From Squalus acanthias (lineage: Eukaryota): a DNA stretch of 64,000 bases. This document shows, in pieces, positions 63,324-64,000 of the stretch (positions are counted from its first letter, which is position 1; every line of letters starts with the position of its first letter). The DNA is taken from positions 84,570,001-84,634,000 of the forward strand of contig CM059432.1 of the NCBI GenBank assembly GCA_030390025.1, written 5' to 3'. Made by a program: the position numbers and the translations under genes. The notes under the pieces are model-generated. The model did not search any database. It saw only the letters and a program-made list of their open reading frames with translations, and was not told the DNA's origin.

Positions 63324-64000
63324 GGGGGCGAAACTCGGTACCTTAGCACCTCCAGTTAGTGCCTGGCGGGGGCACTAATGGGGTGCTGAGGCAGTAGCGC
63401 TGCGGCGAGGCAAATCCAGCACTGCACGCCAAATTTGGCCCCCCTCCCGCCCCGTAGCAACGCCTCTACGAGTTAACGCTGGTCACTTCAGTGCCAGGCA
63501 GATCGGGATGTCAGTGAGTGTGCAATGCTCACTGTGCGCCCGATCTGCCAAATTGAGTATCGCCCCCTGCCTTAGCGCCTCACCCCGACAGCAACAGGGA
63601 GAGGAGGCATGAAGCAGTTGGTAGCCGGCTCCAGGGGCGCTACTTAAAGGGAGCATTAGTAATGAGTCGCAGTTGTCAGGTTTGTGCAGTTCCACTGCTT
63701 CCTTGTCAGTTTGAGATAGTTCAAGAGTTGAATTCAGTCATTCAAAGGTTGTTTAGTCTCCGGAGTGTTGCGGCTTCTAAAAATTAGTTACATTTATTCT
63801 CACAAAATATGGAAGTGCTGCACTTCCTTATATTAATGGGGGCTGTACTGGCAGTCGACCTCACCCTCCAGGATCTACTATGGAGGGAGTGGAGGCAGCG
63901 AGAAAGATTGGAACATGTGGCCAGAGGGAGGAAGAGGGCCATCAGGGCTGTCAACAGGAGGCCTTACCCTCCGAGGGTATTCCGACAGCCATTCTCCTAC
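63324..64000 (+). mobile_element. Harbinger (element D, related to B, opposite orientation) running off the window; transposase starts at ATG 63836
   Basis: GGGGGCGAAACTCGGTACCTTAGCACC resembles the reverse complement of B's right end. MGAVLAVDLTLQDL...NRRPYPPRVF is open to the window end. Confidence 0.88.

Overview
Repeat-dominated vertebrate genomic DNA, most likely a cartilaginous fish (inferred from HER1-type CR1 LINEs and a SacSINE1/DeuSINE-like SINE). The only host gene is a two-exon bHLH gene on the minus strand (CDS 39349-38912 + 36928-36842, 174 aa). It is most likely musculin (MSC) with several TCF21-like residues, and it lies in a ~7 kb island with no recognisable repeats. The rest is transposable elements: many CR1 LINEs (two near full-length), a second LINE family, DeuSINEs, a Penelope fragment with a hammerhead-ribozyme motif, a decayed Tigger/pogo element, and a dense PIF/Harbinger population. 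The Harbingers include a near-intact 4.2 kb two-gene element (intact DDE transposase plus a convergent 3-exon Myb/SANT gene with one nonsense codon). It is nested, with a second two-gene Harbinger and several retroelements, inside an older Harbinger. About ten Harbinger MITEs or Myb-only derivatives are also present. I see no unambiguous new biological system. The best leads are the Harbinger Myb-partner architecture, its candidate subterminal binding motif, and Harbinger-in-Harbinger nesting. Family names come from pattern recognition, not database searches.
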